A DNA stretch of 63,140 bases, the filler included, from Octopus bimaculoides (lineage: Eukaryota), in NCBI RefSeq assembly GCF_001194135.2. It is 6 parts of 5 records of this genome, joined end to end, with 100 filler letters (N's around TTAATTAATTAA, not from the genome) between each part and the next. Parts side by side here need not be neighbours in the genome. Positions count along the whole stretch, not along the records: positions 1 to 16,194 come from NC_068989.1; 5 more parts are not named here. One strand, 5' to 3'. The position numbers were made by a program, and so were the translations under genes. Shown here one piece after another: positions 1 through 12,877 of this stretch (position 1 is the first letter of the stretch; each line of letters starts with the position of its first letter). The notes beneath the pieces were generated by a model that had not been told where the DNA came from, searched no databases, and saw only the letters and a list, made by a program, of their open reading frames with translations.

Positions 1-111
1 ATATGTATATAAAAAAGGGAAGAGAGAGAAGGTGGAGAGAGATATATCCTATTACACATTGGTACTGAAAAGTATATTATTATAGAAAATTTGAACATTA
101 TTATTTTGTTG

Positions 112-156
112 ATATCATTGTTGTTGTTGTTGTTGTTGTTGTTGATGATGATGATA

Positions 157-188
<32 letters not shown>

Positions 189-225
189 AATGATGATGAT
201 GATGATCATGGCGATGATGATGATC
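112..225. repeat. (GTT)n/(GAT)n trinucleotide microsatellite
   Basis: Direct reading: ttgttgttg followed by gatgatgat runs. Confidence 0.95.
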
Positions 226-361
226 TTGAACTCCAGGTTACCCCTGAACGACTAGACCTACCATTTAAGCCTACGATGACTATCAACGTTTACTTCAAGT
301 CATGTTTGTTTGTTTTCCATGTGTTGCGTACGATACCTAGGACTTTCATTTTTAGAAATAC

Positions 362-845
362 AAAAGCCAGGTTTGGGTTGAAGGAAACAAAAGATAAAAC
401 CAATCGCCTTCCTTTTATATAACGACCTGGAATTTTATGTGAAAGAATTCACTAACTTAAATATCTCATTTGTTTGGCGATGACATTAGAAATGAATTTG
501 GATTGAAAATGTGCGGAGCGTTGATTATAAAAAGAGGATAGGTGCCCAGAGATATGGTGTGAAATTGCCCATGGGATATGTAAGGATAATAGACAAGGAA
601 AGATAAAGGTATCTGGGCATATTGGAAGTGTGTGGATTGACGGAAAACCCAGTGAAGGAGATATTCTCTCATAAGAATTACAGAGGATTCAGATTAATGT
701 TGTCGTCTAAATTCAATGGGACGAATAAGTTCCAAGTAATAAATGCACTAGCAATTGCTCTCTTGAAATGTGGAGAAAGAGTGATACGATGGTTAACAGA
801 GTACCAGCAATACTTTGATAAGAGAACAAGGTGAGATATTTGAAA
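362..845 (+). mobile_element. Decayed non-LTR retrotransposon RT fragment, R4/Dong-like
   Basis: Frameshifted translation gives KARFGLKETKDKTNRLPFI..DLEFYV (cf. KINHLLFMDDLKLY), FGDDI..EFGLKMCGALIIKRG, RYLGILE and FRLMLSSKFNGTNKFQVINALAIALLKCG..W..QYFDKRTR. This resembles the YKYLG..RRIRLILKSKLNG.NK..AIN..A..L.Y...W..E....DR.TRK tail of R4/Dong-type RTs. Multiple stops and frameshifts. Confidence 0.75.
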
Positions 846-1587
846 CGGCATCAACTTTTTGATGGAGTTTGTCGTGGACAACAAATTCTAGCTTATGACA
901 AAAGTGGCATGTGCCATTTTGTTTTACTGTTGAATACATTTCGAACTCCAGAAGGTGCTCTGAGCTAATTCTGAGACGTTAATACCGTTTATCTTCAGAG
1001 TGAATTTGTCTCTCCACGACAAACTGTCGTTAAAAACCATTACATGTTCAAATATCTGCCAAACTTCAGATATTTTTTTCTACTGTCCCTGTCTACTTCC
1101 CGCATCTACTCATATACACACATACATACATACACATACACATTTATGCATACATACATACATACATACATACATACATACATGCATGTATACATGAATA
1201 CACACGCACACACACACACACACATACATATGACTCATATATATTTCTCAAACAATTGTTTTTGAAACTACTGCTGTTTGCAGTTTTGAATAGATTCTCT
1301 TTCGACTAACTTTGATTCAAAACTTAGTGAGACAATTAGGGATCAGCGAGAAGACAGAAGGCTCCATGAAATAATGGGAGGCAATAGTGTAAACGTCCCC
1401 TCCTTTTCCGATAATCTATTTTTGAGTGAACTGTATTTATTTATTTATTTTTTATTGTTCTGTGCATATATTTTATATAATCTGTCAATATATAGCCATG
1501 AACGGGATGTAAGACATAGCAGGACGTGCTCTACGATTTTGAAGAAAGAGAAAGAGATAGAGAGAAAGCGAGATAGAAAGACAGAAA

Positions 1588-1626
<39 letters not shown>

Positions 1627-2959
1627 CAATGAGTTGTGCGCAAAAGATAAAGCAATTAATAAAAAAATGAAAATGATTTTCCTAAATAAAATGTGTCATG
1701 AAAGAAATAGCAGAACGGGAGATAAAAACAAATAAGTGGAGTAAAGAAAACATCCTAAAGACGTGCTACATCGAAGCCAGGTGCCATTGAGAAACACTTT
1801 TAGTATTTCCACAACTTTATTTAATCGGAATTAATCTCTAAAAGATTGTGATTGATATTGATAGCCGAAAGCACACATTCATTCCGCTTTATTGATTATT
1901 TCTTCTGCTTTTACTGTCATTGTTATCATGTCGTCTTCCTCTATTCATGAACGACATGGCGGCCAGTCGAGCCAATTAGGAAGCTTTATGCGGGCTGGTT
2001 GACCTGCAAGAAATAACAACCAAATTTCATCTCAAATTATACCTTGTCGTGAAAAATAAACTTGAAATCTTTTGACGTAGATGGTCATGAGATAAACTTT
2101 CATCTATTACGGATGAACTCAATCATAACTCACCTGAGGTTAAAAAAGACATCGAGAAAATAACAACAAAATAACCATCACAACAACAACAACATAAAAA
2201 AGAAAATGGCGGCGAAAATTCAATAAATTGAACATATTAATATAATTCATTACATTGTATAAATATAAACACAATATTTTCTTTTCCTGTGGTTCCATAA
2301 GCATCGAGGTTGGTACAATAGTTATAATAGTCTCCTATCTAAAGGCTACAAAACCGAGCATGTATAATATCGAGGGAATCGTTAAGGGACCCATTATATT
2401 ATATAAATAGTAACCAAGTATCCTGAATACTACATTTGACTGTCTCAGGATATACTTGAGACAGTCCTGTCAGTTCCGATATCACAACTTCAAGACTTTT
2501 GGTTTGGGATTAATTTAGAAATATTCTTATGTTACACACCATCTAAAGCAACAGTTAGGAGTTACTTTTAAAACACAAGAAACGAGTTGTTAAGTTTGAT
2601 ACAATATAAATCAGAATTTTGAATTTACATATCTTTTATTTTTTTACTTGTTTCAGTTATTGGACTACGCCCAAGCAGGTGCAGCGCCTTGAAAACTTTT
2701 CCTCGTACAATTCGTCTCCAGAATTTAATATTAAGCTTGGCATTTTTGCTCAACAGGACCGCTAAGTTAAGGGAACTTGAACAAAAGAACACAAGCTGTC
2801 AAACGTTTGGGTGGACGACAAATTCAAACACACAAGCACAGAAACATACACGCGCACACAAACACACACAGACACACATACGCACACACGCACACACACA
2901 CATATACACACATGTAAATATATATGTGTGACTGTGTGGGTGCGTGGGTGTGTGCGTGC

Positions 2960-3122
2960 ATAACGGGATTCCACGCAGTTTTTCTCAAATAAATTCACTC
3001 ACATGGCATTCATCGATCCGGGGCTACAGGTGAAGACACTTGAATAAAGTGCCGCGAAGTTCAACTAAATCTGAAAACCCACGGGGTCGAAAAGCGGGCT
3101 TCTTACCCATACAGTCGTGCCT
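2960..3122 (-). mobile_element. Degenerate head of SINE family B (tRNA head plus CORE-like)
   Basis: Reverse complement resembles the 5' part of the copy at 11706 (…gtgtcttcacctgtagccccggatcgatgaatgccatgtgagtgaattt…). Confidence 0.55.
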
Positions 3123-3264
3123 ACACGTATAGATTATAAGCATTTCAGACACACAATAATGCAACTTGATATTGTAAAATATAAAAGGCTGATGCCTTAT
3201 CCTCTAATTAAATGCGCATTTTACAAACAAATTTGATTGCGGAGCGGACTGGTTGTCTTCGTCA

Positions 3265-3420
3265 ATCATATTTTCCCAAGTATTTGATTAGCGCTTTATT
3301 TTACCGACGTCGAAAGGATTAAAATGAAAGGGAAATTAATACCTTGGCAGTATTTGAACTGAAAAAACAGATCCAAAAGTTATACAGCATGATAATTTGT
3401 CCGTCGCTCTACCGATCCCG
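3265..3420 (-). mobile_element. Degenerate SINE family A copy
   Basis: Reverse complement contains gttcaaatactgccaagg…cctttcattttaatcctttcgacgtcggtaaaataaag, similar to the family A core seen at 29687 and 35364. Confidence 0.5.
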
Positions 3421-3499
3421 CTAATTTCCCGTTTCGCGTTTCTTCTTTCTAGAATGCAGATTGATAGCTCGATTAAATTGATCTTCGGTGATTGACTGT

Positions 3500-3580
3500 T
3501 TCATCATTTCATGAACGCCGGAGGGGTGAAAGATAAAAATGACCTCGGTGAATTTGAACTCAAATTTGAAATACCAAAAG
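3500..3580 (-). mobile_element. Short degenerate SINE family A fragment
   Basis: Reverse complement reads gagttcaaattcaccgaggtcatttttatctttcacccctccggcgttcat. Confidence 0.45.
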
Positions 3581-3974
3581 AAGTGTTGTTCGTGATGATG
3601 TTCGATGGCTCAAACGATTCTGCTAATACAATATCTTTATACAGAAAATATTAACCGGAAAATAAATTGATGTTTGTAGGCATAGCCGTATGATTAAATT
3701 ATGATCTGCTATGCGATTTCGAATTTGATTCTCTTATATGGTAACTTGAACAAAGTTTTGTATATTATCTCCGGTCGACGAGAAATTTGTGATAAAAATC
3801 TCATAGATGAAACTTGTGCGATAGACAAACCGCTCAGAAATATTTAAAAAAGAAAATGACACTGAATTATCATAGATCAGCAGAATCTCACAGCATCTGC
3901 CTCCATCTTTATGCCATGTTTCCAATTATAAATATTCTCGAAATCAATTTTACCTCTTGACACAATATTGGCTA

Positions 3975-4165
3975 GACAGCGATTGTATCATTACAGCAAG
4001 AGTCAATACTCAAGTGACTTTCATGCCAACCTACGCTGCCACTGAACTAACCAAAGACGAAGAAAAAGGTAAATTCTATGATCAACTACAGGACCCACTA
4101 GATCACGTTGCCAGACACTATATCAAGATATTAGGGGCAAACTTCAGCGTCGAATTGGATAATAT
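3975..4165 (+). mobile_element. LINE (RTE/CR1-type) APE endonuclease fragment
   Basis: Translation SDCIITARVNTQVTFMPTYAATELTKDEEKGKFYDQLQDPLDHVARHYIKILGANF matches the APE pattern S.RIITARF…IQVYAPT…..EEK..FY..LQ…D..P.HD..I..GDFNA. Confidence 0.8.
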
Positions 4166-4418
4166 CAGCACGTTTGTGATGACGACACAAATGATAAAGA
4201 CACGAAAATGATAACGTGTCGCAGTTGCTACACAATCAGCATTGGTAACACATACTCCACTCACAATGACTCCATTAGGCCACATCGATTTCACCTGAGA
4301 CGCAGCAAAAGTAATGACTACATTTGCATCCGTATGGGGTGACATTCATTGCTATTGAATGTTCGTGTGAACTGTGGTGAGGGTAACTTAATAACGGACA
4401 AATATATATATATATATA

Positions 4419-4634
4419 TGGCAAATAAGGTAACTTAATAACGGACAAAGGATACAAAAAATGACATACATCAACTGGTAGACTTTCTAGTATGTCTATT
4501 TATTTATTTATTTATTTATTCTAAAGTATTAGAAAGTATTAGAAATAAATAAAGAAATAAATAAATAGACACGCTAGAATGTCTACCGGCTGCTGTATGT
4601 CATATTTGTATCCTCTCCATTTACTTATTTGCCG
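4419..4634. mobile_element. Palindromic MITE-like element (~215 bp fold-back)
   Basis: Left arm tggcaaataag…ggatacaaaaaatgacataca..tggtagactttctagtatgtctatttattta pairs with right arm aaataaatagacacgctagaatgtctacc..tgtatgtcatatttgtatcc..cttatttgccg. Flanked by TA on both sides. Confidence 0.7.
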
Positions 4635-5050
4635 TATAAATTAAGGGTAAACCACTTTTTACCCCCGCCCATATATAACACTCAATTGCAAGATTGCCAT
4701 GCAATAACCAGCACTTGGGTATTAATAATTGGGTACACTACCAGCAGTATATTGAATAGGTACTATCCCTTGGTTGGCTTCCCAACCTCTAACTCTCACA
4801 TAAATATATGTATATATCTTCATGTTATATTTTTTGGAATTATATATTTTATTTATTCGTGTAGCTTATATTGTATTACATTGTATTTTCTATTCCTGTT
4901 TAGCTTAGTATATACTGGTTCAGAATTCTATGATTTTCAGGATGCTACAACTTCTCTCTGCAGGTAGGTATACAAGATATAATGCAATATAGTACTTAAA
5001 TTAATGTTCTTTCAGTTATTTGGAATTACACTTTATAATTATAATATATT

Positions 5051-5084
<34 letters not shown>

Positions 5085-6351
5085 TTGTTCGTACATATAT
5101 GTGTATGCCATATTTTTATACTGTTATATCTCTGTATGTCATTACAACCTTAAAGACTTTTCATATTTGTTAAAATTGTTATGTACTTATAGATTTAAAT
5201 TAGCTTATCTGCTACAGACGCCTCCATTATCTTATTTCCTTTGCCTTTGATCCCTTCTTTTCCATCACCAGATACTGTGTACCTCTTTCCCTGATATATT
5301 CTGAATGTAAGTTAGGCTTATTGCTTGGAAGCTTTTATCAGGATCGTACTTCAATAAGAAAAAAATTACAACATTCCGTCTCAATAAACTACTATTGTCC
5401 CTAAAAGTTGCTTTATATACATACATCCATACCCCCTCCCCCCAGACACATACCTGAAATAAGAATTCGTTATATGCTGGAGAGGCACGCAGTATTAGAT
5501 TTGAATAGCCATCTGCGTATCATACCTAATGCAGAAACATTGTGAAAGGGAAATTATCTGCAGTGTTATTTTAGAGATGTTTAAAAACACAAAGCTATAT
5601 CAGTGGCCGATGAAAGTTGTCTGGTATTTGCCACTGATATTGCATAACGAGGCAGAAACGTACATGCAGTATTCCCACCGCCGCTGTGGCGCGATTTTCG
5701 CCCACTGCTTATATAATTTCGAGGTTTTTGATTTGGTGTGTCTATGAGGAATATTATCCCCGGACGAATACCGCAGTTGATTAACTTTTTGCTATGTATT
5801 TCGATTAAGTATGATGCAAAGATAGACATTTTAATCCAATACCAATTCTGTGGCATATAACAATTTTTCATTGAACCAGGTGGCTAATCCCAACATCTGT
5901 TAAAAGTCAGTCACTGTGTTCCTAAATAAGTAGTAGAGAAATTTGTATTAGCATCTGGTTATATGCTATAGGAAAGCCTAGCATAGCAGAAATGTGTTCG
6001 TTGGAGCAACTATGTCAAGTAATCTATTCTCGTCATTGTCTTTCGTGGCAAATTTCGAGTCTCCACTGTTAGCGTTTTCGGTAACTTTTCTGTCATCTTA
6101 ACCCTCCATCTTTTCCTTTCTTTGCTTGGCGTTCATTCGTTTCCAAGGTTCGTCGGAAAATGAGCTTTGCAAGACTAACGGACTATATTATATGGTCATC
6201 ATTTCAACACCCTGTTCCTTATTTTGTGAGTAGCTCTTCCGTAGACCAAAATAGTGCCGAATGTTTTCATGGATGTGCTCATTGCGAAAGAGTTTAAAGA
6301 ATTCTTTCAAATAGGAAAGTAACAACCCCCTACTTTAGCGACACCAGAAGA

Positions 6352-6460
6352 ATGACAGTAAATTCAAATTCTGCTCCTCAGATTTTCATGATTCCGGGGT
6401 GGATAAGATTAAGCACCAATAAAGTATCCTGGGTTGATAAAATCGACCGAACCCTCATTC
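6352..6460 (+). mobile_element. Degenerate SINE family A fragment
   Basis: aattcaaattctgct…ttttcatgattccggggtggataagattaagcacc resembles the family A core. Confidence 0.45.
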
Positions 6461-6462
6461 GA

Positions 6463-6554
<92 letters not shown>

Positions 6555-6600
6555 GAAGAAGAAGAAGAAGAAGAAGAAGAATACCAACAACAATAATAAT
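6463..6600. repeat. (AAT)n then (AAG)n microsatellite
   Basis: About 30 AAT units followed by about 9 AAG units. Source of the poly-N/K and poly-L/F ORFs. Confidence 0.97.
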
Positions 6601-9221
6601 TTTATGCTGAATTTATTACTTTTGTCTCGCTTCTCTATTTCTTTTTCAGTTTTTTTTTGTACCTCTTATACTAAAAATTTTCTTTCTGTAATTTTTTTGT
6701 TTTATACTCAAACCGAAAAGAATATTTATCAAACTTCCATTTTCTTTATTTGTTTATTGGTTCGTCCATTTATTTTATACTCTCTTCTTCTTCTTCCTCT
6801 TCTTCTCTCTCTCTCGTGTTCGCTCATTCGCCCTTAATTTTTCATGTTTTTTTCTCTTCTTCTTCCTGTCTGACATGTAGAAATGATATCCCTCACTATC
6901 AAATAACGCAATTTATCATTGAAAATTACAGTAAGCAACCGACATTTTTAAAAGCTTCCACGGAAATAAATTTTGGCTTAATGTCCAAATTCTTGGTAGT
7001 TTTACAGATTTGTAGGAAATTCTAGCATGAACTTAATGATCTTTTCATTTTTTTAAATGTGTATCCTTCGTTCTTTCGTTCTTTCCATTATTATTTTTTC
7101 GTTTCATTTTGGTATTTTCGGTTACTTGTTATTTACTAAATCATTTTTTTACCTCGTTATTTTTCTCGTATATTATTCGTGAATGTGAACGAAAGGACAG
7201 CCACACCACTGAGTCAGGTGAAAAGCATATACAATTGTTTCTGTCTTCTCTGCATGTTTTCAAATTCTGACGGGAACATTTTCGACTGAAATTTGTAGTT
7301 GATAGTATTAAAATCCATCCGTAAGTGTATCTAAGGTTTAAAAACTTTGAAAAGAAATGAAAATATTGGGATACTGTCAATGAAATCCCCACCGTATTAC
7401 TGGTAAAACTGAGACGGTACTTTTCGCCGAGCAAAGTAAGTGATTGCCTGTGATACTCAAATCTGAGAATGCCGCTTATAATCTGAATAACTTATGTTTT
7501 AATCCAACCTATTTGCTATTCGATGCTTCAAAGAAATCTCAGAAATGAAAGGGAAAGTATGAGAGAATTGTGAATGGAGAATAAGTTTGGAATAAGGTAC
7601 GGAAGACGATAGGGCTAGGTGGGGCATAACACACCTGACGTTTTTGTGCCATATGCCAGCTCAACTCTGTTATATACATGGGAATATATCAACAGATTAT
7701 ATGTGTACAAGTGAATTATTCCTTATTTCAATTTTTCCTTATTTGAATTACTCCAATTCAATAATTCAGCTTGTGTAAACGAGAATGGGAGAGTTATCTA
7801 CATAAAAAAATTGCTTACGAACCCCATGATATAGGATTGGAAAATGAGGACAAATTGTTCGGCGTATGATGCGAGTCGTATATTTTAGAGATGAAAACAC
7901 GGAGTGCAAATTGCAGGACTGAGATAAAGACGTACTTTTTAGATGGGCCACATATCTATATCTTTTATCTCTTGCTTGCCTCGGTCCTTTCACCGCAGCC
8001 ATACTGGATCTTTGAAGATTTTAGCTCATGAAATCCACCCCAGTACTTAATTTAAAAGTCTGATACTTATTCTATTGGTCTCTATTGCCGATTCGCTACA
8101 ACAGAATAGTGTAAACAAACGAAAACTCAACTATGAGTCCACTGCACATTATAGTGGAAACAGCTGTAAGCCAATGAAGTTCAAAGTGTACATACATGCA
8201 TATATACATACACACATACAGCACAGAAAACTCTCTTAACTCAAAAAGTCCTCTACGCCATGTTAGCGACTGGATTGAACTCTCTAAAGAAATTTAATAT
8301 AAAATTTAAGAAAAAATTACATATATGCACGCATATGCATAGATATACGTGTGCGTGTGCGTGTCCACGTGTTTGTGTTTATTTATGTATATATATANNN
8401 NNNNNNNNNNNNNNNNNNNNNNNNNNNNNNNNNNNNNNNNNNNNNNNNNNNNNNNNNNNNNNNNNNNNNNNNNNNNNNNNNNNNNNNNNNTAGACCTACC
8501 GAAGGCGTGGAAAAATGAAGGAGGATAGGAAAACGTATTAGGAAAGACGCCGACCTCATAAAATGGTACTAATCGCCAATTAAAGCAGAAATTACTTTGA
8601 TTAGATTCTTTGATATTTGTCAAAGAGTATGAATTATAAATGTCAAAATTTCATTTTATGCACTCGACTGATTCGGCTGCGATGATCACCCGTTGATGGA
8701 TGATTGACTCCGACCGTGAAATCTACACCAAGCGACTCAATCTCTAATTAACAGCTTTATCGATTAACTACAGACACTGAGACCAATTTGTTGCTTTATC
8801 TAAAATCTATGGGCAACTGGATTATCACGTGAAAGTGTAAGAGGTTAGTTTTTTTCGCTTTCCTTTCACTAACAAAAGTTAATCATGTGCGCATAATTTT
8901 CAGACTTAGCAAGCTGTGTTCATATGGAACTCTGATGTCTGATTGATTTCCGTCTTAACTGACTTCCTTTCACTCATTCATTCATACATGATGAAGCCCG
9001 ATCCTTCGTTTGTGACCCTAAAACCATCACGGGACGTGTTACGCAGTCCTTTTGTTGTTGTCGTTTTCCATTTCATGCTATAAAAACAATATCGAACGCA
9101 TGCACGACGCACGAACGCATAACATATCCATTTTAGCGTTTTATACACTTTATCTTCTCTCACTTATTTTTCCATCGCTTTCTTTCTGCATTCTTCTTAC
9201 TATCACTCTATCAACGTAAGG

Positions 9222-9224
<3 letters not shown>

Positions 9225-9320
<96 letters not shown>

Positions 9321-9600
9321 ATACATATATATATGTGTTGTGTGTATATATATATATTTACACACACAAACACATATATATGTATATATCTACACGCACA
9401 TATATATGTGTGTGTTTGTGTGTGCGTGTGTTTGTGTGTGTGTGTGTGTGTGAATGTGTGAGCGGACATGTGTGTATGTTTCTGTGTGCGTGTGTGCGTG
9501 TGTCTGTATATGTGTGTGTGCGCATGTGTGTATATGTGCGTGTGTGTGTATGAGTGTGTGCGCATGTGTGTGTATTTGTCTGTGTGCATGTGTGTGTGTA
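9225..9600. repeat. Compound (TA)n/(TG)n microsatellite
   Basis: Direct reading. Confidence 0.95.
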
Positions 9601-9909
9601 AAACCTACGCATTAATTTCCCTAGCCGTGTGATATGTGTATCAACGCAACAGCCCTATAGTTATAAGTAAGCATATATTCCACGTTGAATCCGAGATTAT
9701 CCATTAATAAATTAATTTACACAGCTTCTGAAGGAAATTGCACCATTCAATCGAGTCGATCACCTTCTGATTCTATTCGGATTTCGTTCTGCTTCATGCA
9801 TGGATGTAATGCAATGTACAGAGTGGAAGCATGCTGTACCAATCGAAAAGCGGTAATCAAAGAGCATCCTCAAATCTCTCCGAGGGTACCTTAACTATCT
9901 AGATCTTGG

Positions 9910-9948
<39 letters not shown>

Positions 9949-9958
9949 NNNNNNNNNN

Positions 9959-9992
<34 letters not shown>

Positions 9993-10330
9993 GTGTGTGT
10001 ATGAATATATGTACGTATGCATATGTGTACATACCTATATATCTATATATACATATGTATATATGTATATATGTAGATGTATATATATGTACATATTTAT
10101 ATGTATATTTATATATGTATATACAAATGTATATATGTACAAATGTATATGTGTATAAGTATATATGATATATGTATATATGTATATACAAATGTATATA
10201 TGTTCAAATGTATATGTGTATAGGTATATATGATATATATATGATATATATATATGTATATATATACACACACACAAACACCCACATATAAATAGATATT
10301 GATATATACTTACATACGTATATAAACACA
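9910..10330. repeat. (TA)n and degenerate TATG/TACA low-complexity tract
   Basis: Direct reading. Includes a 10-N gap. Confidence 0.9.
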
Positions 10331-11074
10331 AATGGATGCCCATGAACCTTGGTAATATAGTCTTAGTTCATCTAAGCCAGATGTTTAATCATTGAGAGTG
10401 CACAATGACTCAGAAGGTCACCGGTGCTATGGCTTCGTGTGCGTATTAATTAAACGAAGAAGACGAATAAACTTCAAAGTGGGGTGCATCAATGGACTGC
10501 ATAAAAACTATATAGAATATTTAGCAGAAGCTGCTTCGCGGAACATCAACATGAATTATTTAACGAACTCTGTCAGATGAAAAAAAAAAGGTTGTGGTAT
10601 CCGCTTTTGCAATGCATTACTTTCGGGACAACAAGCGTTATATGAGGTGCCAGTGTCTGCAAACACGTGTATACTTACATCTTCGTATATGCTAACATTC
10701 AGGACGATTCCTTTATACGCACGCACATACATATGTATATCTAATGTATATACATTAGACATTAATAGCGAAATTTACACACATTTAAACACACACACAT
10801 CTTTGTGTTCATTGAAAGCTCTTGCATAAATCTTTCCAAGGCCCTTAATGTCATGGCCAATCGCCTTACTTTCCTCTGCGTAGTAGTCCCCGTCTCACTT
10901 GCCTATAAAATCACAGGCAGGTCGTAGCTGTTGGAGATATTTTCACGCAGGGTTTTGTCTCGCCGTGCGTGGAGTTGATGTTTAATCGTAACAAATGCCA
11001 TTCACACTGCTCTAAATCTACAGGAGATTTCAGCGTTCATGTCTAGGCATACATCTAATGCTAATTCATAGTAC

Positions 11075-11695
11075 ACTTGTTCCTTTACCTCCATAATTTC
11101 ATCGCCTTTCACAACTTTTCGAACTTGAGCTACATTTTAGGACCGCATGAGTTATTCACGATTTATTTTCTTCCCTTTTTTTGATGAGTTTTATTCACAA
11201 TCCTACTGTTGAAATCCAAATGTCCACCATAACATCTTGACCTGACGTTTCTGCTAAGAGTGCAATGTCGTTTTCGAACCGAAGGTATTTTAGTCACTCG
11301 TAGCTGATGTTAACGCCACTTTCCAGTGAATGTTTCATTTGATCATTTCGAGACAGGGAGTACAGAACTCTTAAAAGGTGGTATGTCCTTGACGAATTCT
11401 CTCTTTGACCGGAATTTCTTTTGGCAAATACAGATTTATTGAAAGTACATCGGCAGCTCTTCTCCCTGAAGAAATTGCTGAGTCGTGACTCTAGTCCTTG
11501 CTTCTTCATAGACTCCAGAGATGCATGACTGTTGACGCTATCGAGTGATTTTTCGCAATCAATGAAAGCGATTGAAAGAGGCCCCTGGTACTCTTTTACT
11601 CATTCTAAATGCTTTCTTCCATAGAATATGCGGTCAATTGTGTGGTAGTTCTGCATCCTTGTTTGTTTCTTTAGCTGTTAATCATTTCGAACTTC
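11075..11695 (-). mobile_element. RTE-clade LINE reverse transcriptase fragment (decayed)
   Basis: Minus-strand translation gives KEYQGPLSIAFIDCEKSLDSVNSHASLESMKKQGLE (cf. PL.IAFIDYEKAFDSV), VKERIRQGHT (GVRQGD) and GVNISYE*LKYLRFENDIALLAET (YLSHLRFADDI.L). Confidence 0.8.
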
Positions 11696-11705
11696 TGGTG
11701 ATTAT

Positions 11706-11866
11706 GGCGCAGGCGTGGCCGGGTGGTAAGAAGCTTACTTCTGAACCACATGGTTCTCGATTCAGTCCCACCGCGTGGAACCTTTGTCATATGTCTTCTA
11801 TTATAGATTCAGTCCGACCGATGCGTTATGAGCGGATTTAGTAGACGGAAACTGAAAAAAGCTCAT

Positions 11867-11901
<35 letters not shown>

Positions 11902-11915
11902 GTGTTTGTGTGTTT

Positions 11916-11947
<32 letters not shown>

Positions 11948-12150
11948 CTTTGTGTCTGTGTTTGTCCCCCACCATCGCCACCACCACATGACAACAGGTG
12001 TTCGTGTGCTTATATCCCTGTAACTTAACGGTTAGCAAAAGGAGACCGATAGAATAAGTTCCAGGTTTTTAAAAAGAAAAACACTGGAGTCATTTATTCG
12101 ACGAAATGTTCTCCGAGGCGGTGCCCAGAATCACCGGAGTCTAAAGACTG
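11706..12150 (+). mobile_element. Near full-length SINE family B (tRNA-derived head, CORE-like segment, internal (TA)n(TG)n)
   Basis: Head ggcgcaggcgtggccgggtggtaag…ggttctcgattcagtccca has A/B-box-like motifs. It is followed by tgtcttctattatag…tagacggaaactgaaa, a microsatellite, then gtgtttgtccccc…gaccgatagaataagt. The same blocks recur at 18601, 23679, 41993, 44625 and 56775. Confidence 0.8.
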
Positions 12151-12164
12151 GAAAAATTAGAAAG

Positions 12165-12450
12165 TAAAAGATGGGCGTTGAAAAAGCTCGAAGAAGTGAG
12201 AGAGGAGACACTTAATGCATCACTTTTCATGTCTTCTGCAAAATAGTGTTCGATTCCTTTCCCAGCGATGTTAATATTCTTTCCCTCAAATATCAATTAT
12301 ACATAGAACGAGAAATTTCCATAGCTCTTCTCACCTATTTCCTAAAATTCCCGTTGTTATCCGATCCTTTCTTAGGACTTTATCTCATTTCACCAGCTTT
12401 CAAACCATCTCAATCTTAGATAATTAGAATAGGTAGCGCCATGATTTCTT
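12165..12450 (-). mobile_element. Probable upstream part of the RTE-like ORF2 interrupted by the SINE at 11706
   Basis: Highly degenerate minus-strand translation (IEMV*KLVKMR*SPK..D.ITTGILGEIGE…) resembles the EV..AL..MK..KAPG.DGIT.E.LK.GG region that precedes RT domain 1. It is collinear with 11075-11695. Confidence 0.4.
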
Positions 12451-12676
12451 CCTTTCCTCTCTTTACGAACCGCAGAATATGTGAATCTCTGCATTAGCCG
12501 GATCTCTGAATAGATGCGCTTTAGTAAGTGATATGAATATTGCTTGATTGCATGCGAAAAGATTTTTTCGGATATAGCTTTTGCTTTTGTTGCTGAGCGA
12601 CAGGAGGCCTCTGATGTTAAATATTAAAAGTGATGGGCGCATACACACTATATATATAAATGTCTGTACCTGCATG

Positions 12677-12725
<49 letters not shown>

Positions 12726-12877
12726 GCATCCATACATACATATATATACTTATATATTACCTATATCTATATATATATAAATATATATATATAAATATAT
12801 GCATCCACTTCAAGATGCTTTGTAAAATACAGACACGTTTTTGCACTCCTGTTTCTTTCTCTCTTCACCTATACATT

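Noticed and set aside
2658-2679. Possible micro-exon (polypyrimidine-TTTCAG … CAG/GTGCAG)
   Set aside because: It is only 22 nt with a weak donor and no supporting homology, so it cannot be supported from sequence alone.
5628-5670. CTGATAT-TGC..GCA-GAAAC-GTA hammerhead-like string
   Set aside because: The core lacks G8/A9 and stem I does not pair, so it is too weak to report.
11467-11500. CTGAAGA motif
   Set aside because: It lies within the RTE RT remnant and has no GAAA or helices.
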